A stretch of DNA of 44,398 bases from a virus. The notes beneath the pieces are model-generated. The model ran no database searches. It saw nothing but the letters and a program-made list of their open reading frames with translations, and had not been told where the DNA came from. The translations under genes were made by a program, and so were the position numbers. Shown here in pieces: positions 1 through 9,675 of the stretch (position 1 is the first letter of the stretch; each line of letters begins with the position of its first letter). The stretch spans positions 1 to 44,398 of the IMG/VR virus record IMGVR_UViG_3300045988_090220; one strand, 5' to 3'.

Positions 1-141
1 GCGCTGCCGTTGCCGCCCATCTCCTCATACGGCTCGTAGAGGTACACCTGTAAATTCTCGTACTCGTCCTGTGTGACGTAGCCCCGCTCGATGTACACCA
101 TGCCGAGGTGGATGATGCGGTCGTGGGCCAGCCCCACCAGC
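1..141. repeat. Terminal direct repeat copy 1 (identical to 44258-44398)
   Basis: Base-by-base identity with the last 141 nt of the window (gcgctgccgttgccgcccatctcc...gccccaccagc). Confidence 0.95.
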
Positions 142-287
142 ATCTTCCGCTCCGCCTCGTCCGCCTTGCTGCGCTTGGCCGTCAGCTCCATCCGCTTGAG
201 GATCACCTTGCTCACCACGCCCCACAGGGCGGTGGAGGTCAGCAGCGCCACGATCAGCGGCACGCCAACGTTCGTCCATGCTTCCAT
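1..287 (-). CDS. 5' part of a 109-aa N-terminally membrane-anchored protein that spans the circular junction (lysis-cassette associated)
   Basis: AGGAGGAGGTG RBS then ATG at 287. Translation MEAWTNVGVPLIVALLTSTALWGVVSKVILKRMELTAKRS... runs off the window start and continues in frame at 44398 down to a TAG at 44215. It is missed by the ORF track because it is split. Confidence 0.75.
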   Translation of the reverse strand, partial: MEAWTNVGVPLIVALLTSTALWGVVSKVILKRMELTAKRSKADEAERKMLVGLAHDRIIHLGMVYIERGYVTQDEYENLQVYLYEPYEEMGGNGS

Positions 288-304
288 CCGGTCACCTCCT
301 CCTA

Positions 305-2029
305 TTACAGCTCTGCCGACAGCAGCGGATTGAACCCGGTTGGATCAATGTAAACGTAGTTAGGAATTGTGCTTCCGAGTGGTGATAGCTGCACAGTGAA
401 CTGGCCATATATGCCGGGGGTGAATACAGTGACTACAGTTGCGCACTGGCCGCCGGAAACTTCGCGGACTGGTTGGGGCTTATAGTCACCGTTAACGATT
501 ACTGGTACTGCCCTCATGGGGTCGGGGTTGCCAAATGTGTTAGAGCCATACCAGTTTCCTGTTGCATTTGACACAATAAAGTTATACCCTGCTGGCCTCA
601 AATACCTCTGGCACCGTCTCAACTGCTCCCCGTAATCAGGAATCTCGTTCAGTACCCACACACCGTTTTCCTGATGGGCGAGGGTCTGTTGAGAGCCAAG
701 TTCCAGCTTGCAGGCGAGGATTGACTGTGTATCAACAGTTTGCGCCGGTCGCACATACAGCAGCCATGAGCTGGTGGAATAAATAGCAAACGGGCCAACG
801 ATAAGGACACCAGCGCCATTGCCGACCAGAAATGGTTTGGAATACAAGTTACCTTCGGGCGTAAGAATGGACACTACAACCTGCTTACCCATCAATTTTG
901 CGAGTTGTTCACTATTTTGAGTAATCCCGTTCCCGTTTGTGGTTGAGATAGTAAGCCCATCATTACTTAATGTAATAGTTGTGCTGTTCTCCACTCTCCA
1001 CCTGTCGATTCCGTACCCCTCTGCGCTATAGCTCGTCTGCCCCCTCTGATTCACCGGATTCCCGAAATACCAGTTGTCCAGCAGGTTGGGGTTACACGGA
1101 AACGCCTTGGTAGCAATGACGCTGCCGCTGATGGAGATGTTCTCCCCGGCGGTCAGCGTCTCCTGCTTGTCATCCAACGCAGCCTGTACGCTTCCGCCGC
1201 CGCTGGTTGGGATATCCTCCGCCGACAGGGACACGTTGCCGCTCTCGTCGGGGGATTTTTCGTTGACAGAGCTGACAGACCCCGCGCCGTCAATGCCCAT
1301 CCGCGTCACGGAATAGCTGATAGCCGGACTGCCGGTGTTAAAGGTGGTCGCAACCCGCGTCCACAAATATTTACCCTGCGGTACGGTGGGGATTGTCGTA
1401 CTCCAACTGCCACTGGGGACAATCGTCCCAGAATCAGATACCATGTACTCCACCGTTGTACCCGTCACAGTGGCGGCGGCTCCGGTGTCGCCCTTTTCTC
1501 CCTTGATTTGATACCACGTGTATTGCTGCCAGTCATCCGGGGCTTCTGCCGCCGTGCCGGAATACACGCCCATCCACGCATCCGGCAGGTCACCCATGCT
1601 GTGGCTGTCCGCCGTGGGCTGCTGGCTGGCGTATTTAATCCACACGTGGCTGTCATCACCCTTGTCGCCCTTGGCTCCGTTGTACACGGAGAAGTCAAAG
1701 AAAGTCCCGTCCGTGCGCGTAAAGCGGTAGTTGTCCACCAGCCCCACCGTGGACAGTTTTTCAAAGTTTGTCAGGCCGTTGCCGTTTGTCACGGTAAAGG
1801 TTTTCGTGGTGGTGTCGGCCAGTGTAATGGTGTAGGTGTCCACAAGCCCATCCGTACCTGTTTTGGCAATATTGGAAATACCGCCGTGACCGTCAGCCGC
1901 CGCCGTCAGCCAGTTTAATAGCGTCTGCCCTTGCAGGCGCTTTGCCGTGCCGTCCTGCTCCAAAACGAACATGTCTGTTGACTTGATCTGCTCCGCTGCT
2001 ACCAGCTCGGATATCGCTTTATCAGCCAT
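305..2029 (-). CDS. Tail fibre / receptor-binding protein
   Basis: 574-aa ORF at the distal end of the tail module, just upstream of the lysis genes. Short collagen-like GxxGxx stretches (GAKGDKGDD, GEKGDTGAA) and a beta-rich C-terminus. Confidence 0.7.
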   Translation of the reverse strand: MADKAISELVAAEQIKSTDMFVLEQDGTAKRLQGQTLLNWLTAAADGHGGISNIAKTGTDGLVDTYTITLADTTTKTFTVTNGNGLTNFEKLSTVGLVDNYRFTRTDGTFFDFSVYNGAKGDKGDDSHVWIKYASQQPTADSHSMGDLPDAWMGVYSGTAAEAPDDWQQYTWYQIKGEKGDTGAAATVTGTTVEYMVSDSGTIVPSGSWSTTIPTVPQGKYLWTRVATTFNTGSPAISYSVTRMGIDGAGSVSSVNEKSPDESGNVSLSAEDIPTSGGGSVQAALDDKQETLTAGENISISGSVIATKAFPCNPNLLDNWYFGNPVNQRGQTSYSAEGYGIDRWRVENSTTITLSNDGLTISTTNGNGITQNSEQLAKLMGKQVVVSILTPEGNLYSKPFLVGNGAGVLIVGPFAIYSTSSWLLYVRPAQTVDTQSILACKLELGSQQTLAHQENGVWVLNEIPDYGEQLRRCQRYLRPAGYNFIVSNATGNWYGSNTFGNPDPMRAVPVIVNGDYKPQPVREVSGGQCATVVTVFTPGIYGQFTVQLSPLGSTIPNYVYIDPTGFNPLLSAEL

Positions 2030-2183
2030 TGTCAGCGTCCTCCTTGTTTTCAGTATTCATCGCCGCCGTCAGCGCTTCCAGCGCATTGATACACGCCAAC
2101 AGCCGGTCAAGGTTACTTTTACCCCGCACCTCCACACCGTTCAGTGTGGTGATGATGGCAGATAAGGTTTCCTTCATGTGCAT
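2022..2183 (-). CDS. Small 53-aa tail-module protein
   Basis: Hand-translated MHMKETLSAIITTLNGVEVRGKSNLDRLLACINALEALTAAMNTENKEDADNG. TAATG overlap with the upstream gene and ATGGCTGA overlap with the fibre gene. Below the size cutoff of the ORF track. Confidence 0.55.
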   Translation of the reverse strand: MHMKETLSAIITTLNGVEVRGKSNLDRLLACINALEALTAAMNTENKEDADNG

Positions 2184-2461
2184 TATTTCTCCCCCTCATA
2201 CGGTCGCCGCAGCGCTACACGCACGGCGCTGGAATCGTTGTAGGCGTATTCAACGCCGATAACCTTCGTGTATCCGTCATAGACTGCCGTTTCGCCGCCC
2301 GCAATGTATTCCATGTGCCGAGTGTTGGCGGACGCGCTGAACGCAGTCAAAGCGTCTATCAGAGTCACACCCAGAATATCCACGTACAATATGCCAACAG
2401 ACGCCAAACCACAAAATGGGCAGTCATACGCAGTGCCATTGGCAATTTTGAATTTTGGCAT
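2183..2461 (-). CDS. Hypothetical tail-module protein
   Basis: ORF 2183-2479, with the likely start at MPKFKIANG (2461) just after the upstream stop at 2466. Confidence 0.6.
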   Translation of the reverse strand: MPKFKIANGTAYDCPFCGLASVGILYVDILGVTLIDALTAFSASANTRHMEYIAGGETAVYDGYTKVIGVEYAYNDSSAVRVALRRPYEGEK

Positions 2462-2465
2462 AGCT

Positions 2466-3704
2466 CTACGCCCTCCCAATCACATAAGTTGCCGCATCTT
2501 TCTTCATCGGCCTATAACTGTCGCCGTTAATGATAAAATTGTTTCCCGCAACAGTTAGCGAGGATATTTCTGCGATAGCGGCGTACATCCTGTTCGCCCA
2601 CAGCTTTTCGGATTGAACTTGCCCGGTTACGACCTTATTTGCATAGATCACATCCGCAAAGTAACCGTTGATTGTGCTATTACATGTGCTTGGGTAGACT
2701 GACCCGGACGTGATATGCCTGTTCACAATGGCATCTGTTCCGATCTGGCCGCCGCCCACAGAAAAGCTTGCAAGTCCCGCTCCGTCAAAATACCCAGCGT
2801 TGCCGCCGTAGTCGATGTTCCCAGCCTGCACCGTTCCCAAAAATTTGCCGCTGTAGGCGGTCAGATTGCCGCTGCTGTCAACCGTGAAATATTTGCCAAG
2901 CTGGATACCGTTTGGGCCAAAATAAATGCCGGTGGTATTCGTGCCGCCCCATGTCTGGCCGTTGGTACTCAGATATCCGTCTTTGATCGTCAAACCACCA
3001 ATAACGCCGCTGGTGGCGGTGATTTTACCCGTGACACTCAGGCCGCTTTTATCGGCTTTCAGCACCGTACCGCCGTTGCTGGTCAGCGTCCATCCGTCCG
3101 CTGTCAGGCTCCATCCGAAACTCGCATTATCTCCGCCCTTGCGGTCTACCTTGGCACTGATTTTCCCAGCCTGAATGTTCAGCGCCGCCGTAAGAGATTC
3201 GGTATCGCTCTCCCGCGCTTTGACCTCTGCCGAAATCTGATCGGCCATAATCAGCAGCTGCGAGGATACATCCTTAAACTTTCTTGCCACGCGCCGCGTT
3301 GCAGGCGATTTGTACGGGGCTTCTTCATTCAGGTCTTCATCTGCTGGGGCGGAAGCAGTACACCGCATAAGCGAATTAAAATTGATTTCTGTCGAATAGA
3401 TTCCACTGTATATTTTATCCAGCGTAATCGCATCACCAATTTCCGCCGATGGGTCGAGCAGCGCATCTTGCGCGGTATAAGGTTGGTATTGAAACCCTTT
3501 CAGCCGTTTTAAGATGTCTTCTCCAATTTTTCTTGTGATCCACGGACTGGTCACATCAATATTTCTGCCGGAATTTGACCCGATTTTTACACCCTCGCCG
3601 TCCTCATCCGTATATACTGTCACCGCAGAAATTCCGGTCAGCACAGGCGAGGACTCAATGCTGCTGGCCGCACGACCGACTTTGAAGTTTGCACTTTCAG
3701 ACAA
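2466..3704 (-). CDS. Tail fibre / baseplate-associated structural protein
   Basis: 412-aa ORF with a central coiled-coil-like segment (QISAEVKARESDTESLTAALNIQAGKISAKV) followed by Gly/Thr-rich beta repeats. Sits in the tail module. Confidence 0.6.
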   Translation of the reverse strand: MSESANFKVGRAASSIESSPVLTGISAVTVYTDEDGEGVKIGSNSGRNIDVTSPWITRKIGEDILKRLKGFQYQPYTAQDALLDPSAEIGDAITLDKIYSGIYSTEINFNSLMRCTASAPADEDLNEEAPYKSPATRRVARKFKDVSSQLLIMADQISAEVKARESDTESLTAALNIQAGKISAKVDRKGGDNASFGWSLTADGWTLTSNGGTVLKADKSGLSVTGKITATSGVIGGLTIKDGYLSTNGQTWGGTNTTGIYFGPNGIQLGKYFTVDSSGNLTAYSGKFLGTVQAGNIDYGGNAGYFDGAGLASFSVGGGQIGTDAIVNRHITSGSVYPSTCNSTINGYFADVIYANKVVTGQVQSEKLWANRMYAAIAEISSLTVAGNNFIINGDSYRPMKKDAATYVIGRA

Positions 3705-4479
3705 GAATCCTCACCCCTCCGAAGGTAATTGCGTATCCGGTTTTTGTTACCAGATACCGCGTTTCAGGCGGAATGCCGTTTAACGCCAGCAGCCTCAGTT
3801 CTCCCGAATCCGTCATGAGCCAGTTGGCTCCATACATTGCCGCAATATACCCCAGCACCTCCCGGCAAGAATAGCCGGAAGGATACTGTATCGTATATTT
3901 TTTATTCAGCACATCCCATGTTCGTGCATCAATGCCAAACCCCAGATAATCGGCAATCTCTCGAACCACTTGTTCGTCTGTTGACGGCCACGCAAGCGAT
4001 GTATCCGGCGGATAGTCCTTTTCTGCCATCAGCATAGCGTCATAGCCTGTCAGCAGCAGCGTTGGGAAAACGCTGTCCGGGTTCAACGTCTCGCGTTTAT
4101 CTAAATAGTACACGCCCTTTTGCAGCCACTCTGAGGTGAGCGTTCCGTCTGTCAGCCTGACAAAAGGCACGATTCGCGCCCGTTTCGGGATTTCACCGAG
4201 CGGAACCCGCATTTCAACTGAAATTTTGCCAGCAACACAATTCCCAACACCGGGTGTATCGCCGGGGAAAACCGAATGTGAAGTCTTAACGTTTTTCAGC
4301 ATTCCTTCCCGATATCCACCGTCTCCGCCAGCAGTCCCCGTCAAGATCGACACACCGCCGAATGTAATGCACTCGCCCTGCTTTGTGATAAGTCTTGAAT
4401 GCTCACCAACAGCAACAGAAACTTCCGCCCAATGCGGCTTTTCCATTAACTGACGATAGATATTCGATACATTCTGCAT
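3697..4479 (-). CDS. Tail tip / baseplate component
   Basis: 260-aa ORF in the tail module, with an 8-nt overlap with the next gene. Confidence 0.55.
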   Translation of the reverse strand: MQNVSNIYRQLMEKPHWAEVSVAVGEHSRLITKQGECITFGGVSILTGTAGGDGGYREGMLKNVKTSHSVFPGDTPGVGNCVAGKISVEMRVPLGEIPKRARIVPFVRLTDGTLTSEWLQKGVYYLDKRETLNPDSVFPTLLLTGYDAMLMAEKDYPPDTSLAWPSTDEQVVREIADYLGFGIDARTWDVLNKKYTIQYPSGYSCREVLGYIAAMYGANWLMTDSGELRLLALNGIPPETRYLVTKTGYAITFGGVRILV

Positions 4480-4483
4480 GTCG

Positions 4484-4852
4484 TTACCTCTCGATCAGCG
4501 GAAATGTGATCCCACCCCACCAGTCATCGTCCGGTTTCGTCAGCAAGAAACTGGCAGGATTGTTGTTGCTATACATGGTTACACCGCTGCGGTATCCAAA
4601 CATCGGGTCATAGTAATCCACGGTGACGTATTCCGGGAAAATCGTATTCAGCACCAGCTTGGCTTCTGTCGCCGTCAGCGGTCGGCACGTAACGTCCAAT
4701 CTGATTTTGGTCGCCACCCTTCCGCGCTGCATCTGACCATCCATTGTTCGCCCAGAATTGGGGGCATCTATGTCCCCTCTCTGCCACTTCACGCCCTGCT
4801 TTGCAATAAACGGGTTAAAGTCCACGCCGTTAATGCGTAACGTCATTTTCAT
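4484..4852 (-). CDS. Distal-tail-protein-like small tail component
   Basis: 122-aa ORF immediately downstream of the tape measure gene, the usual Dit position. Assigned by position only. Confidence 0.45.
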   Translation of the reverse strand: MKMTLRINGVDFNPFIAKQGVKWQRGDIDAPNSGRTMDGQMQRGRVATKIRLDVTCRPLTATEAKLVLNTIFPEYVTVDYYDPMFGYRSGVTMYSNNNPASFLLTKPDDDWWGGITFPLIER

Positions 4853-4865
4853 GCGCGTCCCTCCT

Positions 4866-7800
4866 TTATCCGTTCATTCTGGCGGTTTCACGCTGCTGCC
4901 GTGCGATATACGCCCCGAGGTCAAAGCTTCCGTTCCCGCCGTTCTGTTCTCGCATTGCGCCGATAATCTGCTGGGCAACAGCGTAAATCGCAGTAACAAC
5001 ATCGTCGTTAGCTTCCCGCACACCGTAGGTAATGCCCTCTACAATTTGGTCGTTGTTGGCAACAGCCGTCCGTCTGCCGATAGAGCCGACCATTTCTGCA
5101 CCGGCTTCCCGTGCGATAAACAACTGTCCCTCGTCAACAAACCCGCCGTCTGCCAGCCGGGGCAGGCTCACCGTTGGGATCAGACTCAACCCGCTCCAAC
5201 TCGCGCCGATAATGTTGGCCGCCCACGATACAACGCGGTTGAACCCGGAAATCAAGCCGTTAATCGCGCCAATAATGCGGTTTACCATCGTCTCTACGCG
5301 CCCGATCACGCCGTTAAAGACGGACACCGCAAAATTCCCGATGGCGGTAAAAGCCGCTTGAAAAGCGTATTTGATGTTTCCCCACGCATCAGAGAAGAAC
5401 TTCGTGATCGGTTGGATCACGTTCGTGTTAAACCACTCCGCAACAGGTGCCCATTCGGTGGCAATGTCATCCCACAGGTTCGTGAAGAACGCCGAAACGT
5501 TTGTCCACACACCACGGAAGAACCCCACAATGGGCTGAACGACCTTTGTGTTGAACCACTCAGACGCTACCTGCCATACTGCTTGAACGATGATCCAGCA
5601 TCCCCGGAAGAATTCGCTGATCCACCCCACAATAGGCGCAAATACGTCTACAACGGGCTGAACCACGTTTTTGTCGAACCAGTCAGCAATACCCGCAAAG
5701 AACACCTTGATCTCGTCCCATTTGTTTACGATCAGCGCAATTAAATCTGTAATCGCGCCGACAACCACACCGACCAAAGCTCCGATTCCTGCACCTATTG
5801 GGCCTCCCAGCATGCCGATGATCGCACCAATTCCCGCCCCGGCCATCGTTGAACCGATCGGAACAAGAAGTCCGTTTAGCCAATTCAGCCCGTTTTTAAT
5901 GGCATCATAAGCGCCCGCCACAAACATAGGAATGCCCGCTACGATTCCGCCAATGGCTGCGCCGATCAAACCAGTGCTGATTGCTCCTCCACCCGCAGTA
6001 ATGGCTTTTGCAACGGCACCGTCTTTGAAAGCTTTTGCGATAAACTGCCCAATTGCCTTGCCGAGCAAAGCCGTTCCTCCTGTGCCCAGAAGGCCCCCAC
6101 CGACAATCGTTCCGAAATCTAAGCCGGAAAGGCCGTTTTTGATTGCATCGTTTAAGCCTGTCAATTCAAGGCTAAATCCGGCCAAAGAAAGCGTAATCCC
6201 GCCAAAAAACGAGCCAAGCGCGGACAAAGATTTGATCGCCTCGATTGCAGCTATAAAGCTTTGCGATACCTTCCAACCTAAAAACGCGGCCCCGATAAGC
6301 CCAGCCGTTATCAAAATTTGCTTCAAATTATCCTTTACCCAAGTGACAAACGGCTCAAGCTTTTTTTGCCACATGTCGATATTTTTGCTGACGGCGTTTG
6401 CAAGAAAGTCATATCCCGGCAAGTCAATGCCTAAGTCTCCGCCGCCAATGCCACCAAGACCGCCGCCCGATGCGCTTTTCGTTTGATCCGGTAAGACATT
6501 CAGCTCGTCAAAGCCAGCCAGATATCGCTTTAATTCTTTCGCGGAATTTGTGGCGTCGCTCAGGTTGTCCGCAATGTTCCCGGAATCCATTGCAGCATTA
6601 GAAAAACCGTTTTTCCATTCCGGCTCCTTTAGCGTCACGCCGAACAATGCTGCAATAGCCGCGATGATCTCCCGCAGTGCTTTGGCGAATGCAATCAGCA
6701 CGGGGAGTACCTTTGTCAAAATTGGAATAAACAGGTTGCCGATGGCTCTCGCCACCTGTTCCAATTGCGCCTTGAGTACGCGCAGCATATTGGTGGGGTT
6801 TTCCAGTGTTCGGGCCATATCGCCCTGCACCTGCGTCACCTGCGTCATCATGGCGTAATAGCGCAGCTGCGCTTTCTCTGCCTGTGTCATGGCAGAAACG
6901 CTTTTTGTGATGCCCAGATTCAGCGCTTCTTGCTGCAATCTCGCTACAGATAGGTCGTAGCCCAATCGCCGCAGAGGTTCCAGCTCACCCGCGATGCCGG
7001 ACTGCACCTTCTGCATGGCATCCGAGAAACTGATGTTGTAGAACGACGCGATATCATAGCCTAACTGCGTTAGATTTTTGGACATAAACGCCGCCTTATC
7101 CCCCACCACACCAAAGCCGGAAATAATGGTGTTGAACACGCCCTGATTCCGCATCCACTCCGCCGGGTCAATGCCCATCACCTCGGAAACCTGTTGCGCA
7201 TACCGATAGGCTTCTTTCGCATATTCGCTCATCGACACGGTGAACAGGTTCAAATCCTCCTGATATTCGCCCGCCTTTGTGATGGCATAACCCAAAAAAC
7301 TTGCCACCTTTCGGAACACATAGGCAATCGCGCTGAATTTCAGCCCCTTAATCGCCAGTCCAAGCCCATTGGTTTGCGTTCTGGCATTTTGCATGGCGTT
7401 ATTGTACTGGGCGGATGATGTGATAACTCTCTGGATACGGGACGGGAAAGACGAAAAGCCAGCGGAAACCTTCTGCATTTCGTCTGCAAAAGGCTTCATG
7501 GCGACGGCAAGGTCATTCATCTGCTGTGTGAACTTGTCAATATCCGCCGTTTCCAAATCCTCGATCACCTTCGGCAACTTGGAGAGCTGATTGATAAAGG
7601 TGGTCATGTTGGCCTTACCCAACTCGGAGAGAGGGCGTAAACCGTTGGCAAGAGAAGTCAGCTTGTCACCGTCCGTCCATTTCAGGCCAGCGAGAGCGGT
7701 GTTGATTGCCGTAAGCTGGTTGGCGATGGAAGAAGAAATCTTCACATTTCCAACCCGACTCAGAGCGGTCAGCGCATTAGTAAGCCGAGTGATCTTCTGC

Positions 7801-8006
7801 GAAGCATCACCGCTGTTCAAGCCTTTCAGAGAATTGGATAGCTCCCGAATACCCTGAGCGGTCTTGCTCAGACCCGTTGCGCCGCCGTTGGTAGCGGTTT
7901 TCAAACGATTGAGCGTGTTAATCAGGTTTTGAAGCCCTGCGACCGCCTGCGTACTGTCATTGACGATCTGAAACTCCAACCCCTGAATTTCCACATTGTC
8001 AGCCAC
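4866..8006 (-). CDS. Tail tape measure protein
   Basis: 1046-aa ORF following the G/GT chaperones. Helical N-terminal part and a long Gly/Ala/Ile-rich hydrophobic segment, typical of tape measure proteins. Confidence 0.9.
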   Translation of the reverse strand: MADNVEIQGLEFQIVNDSTQAVAGLQNLINTLNRLKTATNGGATGLSKTAQGIRELSNSLKGLNSGDASQKITRLTNALTALSRVGNVKISSSIANQLTAINTALAGLKWTDGDKLTSLANGLRPLSELGKANMTTFINQLSKLPKVIEDLETADIDKFTQQMNDLAVAMKPFADEMQKVSAGFSSFPSRIQRVITSSAQYNNAMQNARTQTNGLGLAIKGLKFSAIAYVFRKVASFLGYAITKAGEYQEDLNLFTVSMSEYAKEAYRYAQQVSEVMGIDPAEWMRNQGVFNTIISGFGVVGDKAAFMSKNLTQLGYDIASFYNISFSDAMQKVQSGIAGELEPLRRLGYDLSVARLQQEALNLGITKSVSAMTQAEKAQLRYYAMMTQVTQVQGDMARTLENPTNMLRVLKAQLEQVARAIGNLFIPILTKVLPVLIAFAKALREIIAAIAALFGVTLKEPEWKNGFSNAAMDSGNIADNLSDATNSAKELKRYLAGFDELNVLPDQTKSASGGGLGGIGGGDLGIDLPGYDFLANAVSKNIDMWQKKLEPFVTWVKDNLKQILITAGLIGAAFLGWKVSQSFIAAIEAIKSLSALGSFFGGITLSLAGFSLELTGLNDAIKNGLSGLDFGTIVGGGLLGTGGTALLGKAIGQFIAKAFKDGAVAKAITAGGGAISTGLIGAAIGGIVAGIPMFVAGAYDAIKNGLNWLNGLLVPIGSTMAGAGIGAIIGMLGGPIGAGIGALVGVVVGAITDLIALIVNKWDEIKVFFAGIADWFDKNVVQPVVDVFAPIVGWISEFFRGCWIIVQAVWQVASEWFNTKVVQPIVGFFRGVWTNVSAFFTNLWDDIATEWAPVAEWFNTNVIQPITKFFSDAWGNIKYAFQAAFTAIGNFAVSVFNGVIGRVETMVNRIIGAINGLISGFNRVVSWAANIIGASWSGLSLIPTVSLPRLADGGFVDEGQLFIAREAGAEMVGSIGRRTAVANNDQIVEGITYGVREANDDVVTAIYAVAQQIIGAMREQNGGNGSFDLGAYIARQQRETARMNG

Positions 8007-8798
8007 TTACGCCACCACCTTTCTCTTGAAATTTCTTATTGACCGATACCATAAAGGCTTCCATGTATGCCTTGGCTTTGTCATCGTGTTTTTCTTGAAG
8101 CTGCTTCTGCTGTTTCTTGTCCTGCCGACTAAACAGTTCATAGGGGCTTTCACGATACGGTATAGGCTTGGTTCCCTTCTTGGCGAAAGCACGAAGAACC
8201 GGGGCAGCATCAATAAGAGCTTCGTAAAAATAAGCCCCTTGAAGCCAAGCGTCTTGATTTCTCAGGTCTTGCCTGATCTGCGCCGCCTTTCGGTAATACT
8301 TCACCAATTCGCAGTCCTGTTCCCAAAACTGCTCGTAGGTCATTCCAATGGAGAGATAATACGGGAAAACCTCATAAAACTTTGGCGTGTAAGCAAAAAA
8401 GGGGGTGGGGCGATTGTCGCCACCGCCCCTTTCTTGTCTGGAAGATTGGTCGCTTACCAGCCAGTCTTCCAGTTGAGGTTTCCCTCGCCGCCCTCGGTCT
8501 GCTCAGGCTCATCCAACAGACTCAGGAGAGGTTCGTTGTACATCTCCACCAGAGCGGCAATCAGCTCGTCCTTGTGATTCATACGAGCGTAAATGCTGTC
8601 GATCACATCACGCTTCACGAAGCGATGATGAGCGAGGAACGCACCAGCAAACAGAGCCGGGAGCAAGGTCATAGGCTTGCGCTCCACATCGTCAGCCACG
8701 AAGCCGCTCTTTTCCATCATCTCAACGGTCTTGCGAGTATATTCCAGTGTGTAAGTCACGCCGGTAGTAGGGTCATTGATAGTCAACTGCTTTGCCAT
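7999..8798 (-). CDS. Tail assembly chaperone GT fusion, made by programmed -1 frameshift
   Basis: The frame of ORF 7999-8343 stays open upstream to within the last about 17 codons of the G ORF (8454-8798). It is the -1 frame of G. The slippery heptamer G GGA AAC lies in that overlap window. Confidence 0.7.
8454..8798 (-). CDS. Tail assembly chaperone (gpG-like)
   Basis: 114-aa acidic-tailed ORF between the major tail gene and the tape measure gene. Confidence 0.75.
   Translation of the reverse strand: MAKQLTINDPTTGVTYTLEYTRKTVEMMEKSGFVADDVERKPMTLLPALFAGAFLAHHRFVKRDVIDSIYARMNHKDELIAALVEMYNEPLLSLLDEPEQTEGGEGNLNWKTGW
8478..8484 (-). promoter_or_regulatory. -1 ribosomal frameshift slippery site GGGAAAC
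   Basis: X XXY YYZ heptamer (G GGA AAC) in the G reading frame (GAG GGA AAC), inside the short window where both frames are open. Confidence 0.6.
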
Positions 8799-8836
8799 GA
8801 TAAATCCTCCTTATCTATGCGGCGATTGTTGGTGTC

Positions 8837-9268
8837 TTAGGTTGCGGAGAAAGTGATGGGAGTGGAAGGAGCGATGGTGATGTTCATGTTCACCACTTCG
8901 TTCACGCCGCCGCCCACGGGATACACGGACAGCTCACCGTCAAAGGAGAACTTACCGTTAGAGCCATCGGGAGTGACCATACCGGCGCTCTCCGTGCCGC
9001 CAAACCAGACCGCATAGCTGGCCTTCTTGCCTTCCAAAGCCTTGAGGGTCTGGAAATCAGCCAGCGTGTAGTTGGCGGTGAAGGACAAACCATCGAGGGA
9101 CTGGATACCGGCGATGTAGGTCCGCATATTGTCGCTCAGGGTGGTGGTTTCCAGCATTTCGGGTTCGCCGCCGAGGTCAGGGAACTCCTTAATATCGATC
9201 AGCTTGCTCCACTGTTCACCAGTGTCGGCCTTCTTCATCAGAAAAACCTTGTAGGTGGAAATAGCCAT
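8837..9268 (-). CDS. Major tail (tube) protein
   Basis: 143-aa ORF directly upstream of the chaperone pair, with a strong RBS. Assigned by position in the siphovirus gene order. Confidence 0.7.
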   Translation of the reverse strand: MAISTYKVFLMKKADTGEQWSKLIDIKEFPDLGGEPEMLETTTLSDNMRTYIAGIQSLDGLSFTANYTLADFQTLKALEGKKASYAVWFGGTESAGMVTPDGSNGKFSFDGELSVYPVGGGVNEVVNMNITIAPSTPITFSAT

Positions 9269-9273
9269 TTCAT

Positions 9274-9675
9274 TTACCTCCTATAAAGAGTGGTTCCGTC
9301 CGTTTCTGCCTTGTATCGAGCAACCAGACGGTAGATTGTTGCGTTCTCCAAATTGGGAACCGGGGACAGAGAAGTACGCCGGAAATTCTTGGCGTACATG
9401 AGATCGTCCACAAACCTCATGATTTTTCGGCAAACGGATTTCTTACCGCCTGCCTTATCGGAGTAGACATTCACCTCGTACATCAGCGTGGCGAACCTCT
9501 CCGTATCGCCGCTGTCCATGTGAGTTTCCGTGGTGTAGTTATCCTGCTCCACCAAGCTCACATAGGGGAAACGGGTAGGGGCATTGACATATTCGCCGCT
9601 GACCAAGATACCGGGAAACTGCGCTCTCAGGGCTTCCGCAATCGGCGTGTAGATTTGACTCTCCACATCGATCAT
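9274..9675 (-). CDS. Tail terminator / tail completion protein
   Basis: 133-aa ORF between the HK97 gp10-like protein and the major tail protein. Confidence 0.5.
   Translation of the reverse strand: MIDVESQIYTPIAEALRAQFPGILVSGEYVNAPTRFPYVSLVEQDNYTTETHMDSGDTERFATLMYEVNVYSDKAGGKKSVCRKIMRFVDDLMYAKNFRRTSLSPVPNLENATIYRLVARYKAETDGTTLYRR

Noticed and set aside
1-141. The 141-nt terminal direct repeat read as attL/attR of an integrated prophage, or as a biological DTR.
   Set aside because: - The repeat lies inside a coding sequence that reads straight through the joined ends.
- No host flanking genes are present.
- Serine integrases do not create long duplications.
- The length matches a common assembler k-mer, so it is most simply an assembly overlap of a circular or concatemeric template.

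A true DTR cannot be fully excluded without read-end data.
25-353. Track ORFs 25-279 (-), 91-333 (+) and 108-353 (+) at the window start.
   Set aside because: Their translations are Arg/Gly/Ala/Pro-rich, as expected for wrong-frame products of GC-rich DNA. A different minus-strand frame, with a strong AGGAGGAGGTG RBS and an ATG at 287, gives a sensible TM-anchored protein that continues across the circular junction.
305-3704. Possible diversity-generating retroelement or invertible (shufflon-type) tail-fibre switching.
   Set aside because: I found no reverse transcriptase gene, no template/variable repeat pair and no inverted repeats flanking the fibre 3' ends. The only invertase-like gene (17322-17942) is 15 kb away in the accessory island.
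4758-6486. Plus-strand ORFs 4758-5744 (328 aa) and 5932-6486 (184 aa).
   Set aside because: They are antisense to the tape measure gene. Pro/Ala/Ile-rich translations mirror the Gly/Ala-rich tape measure segment, and there are no start signals.
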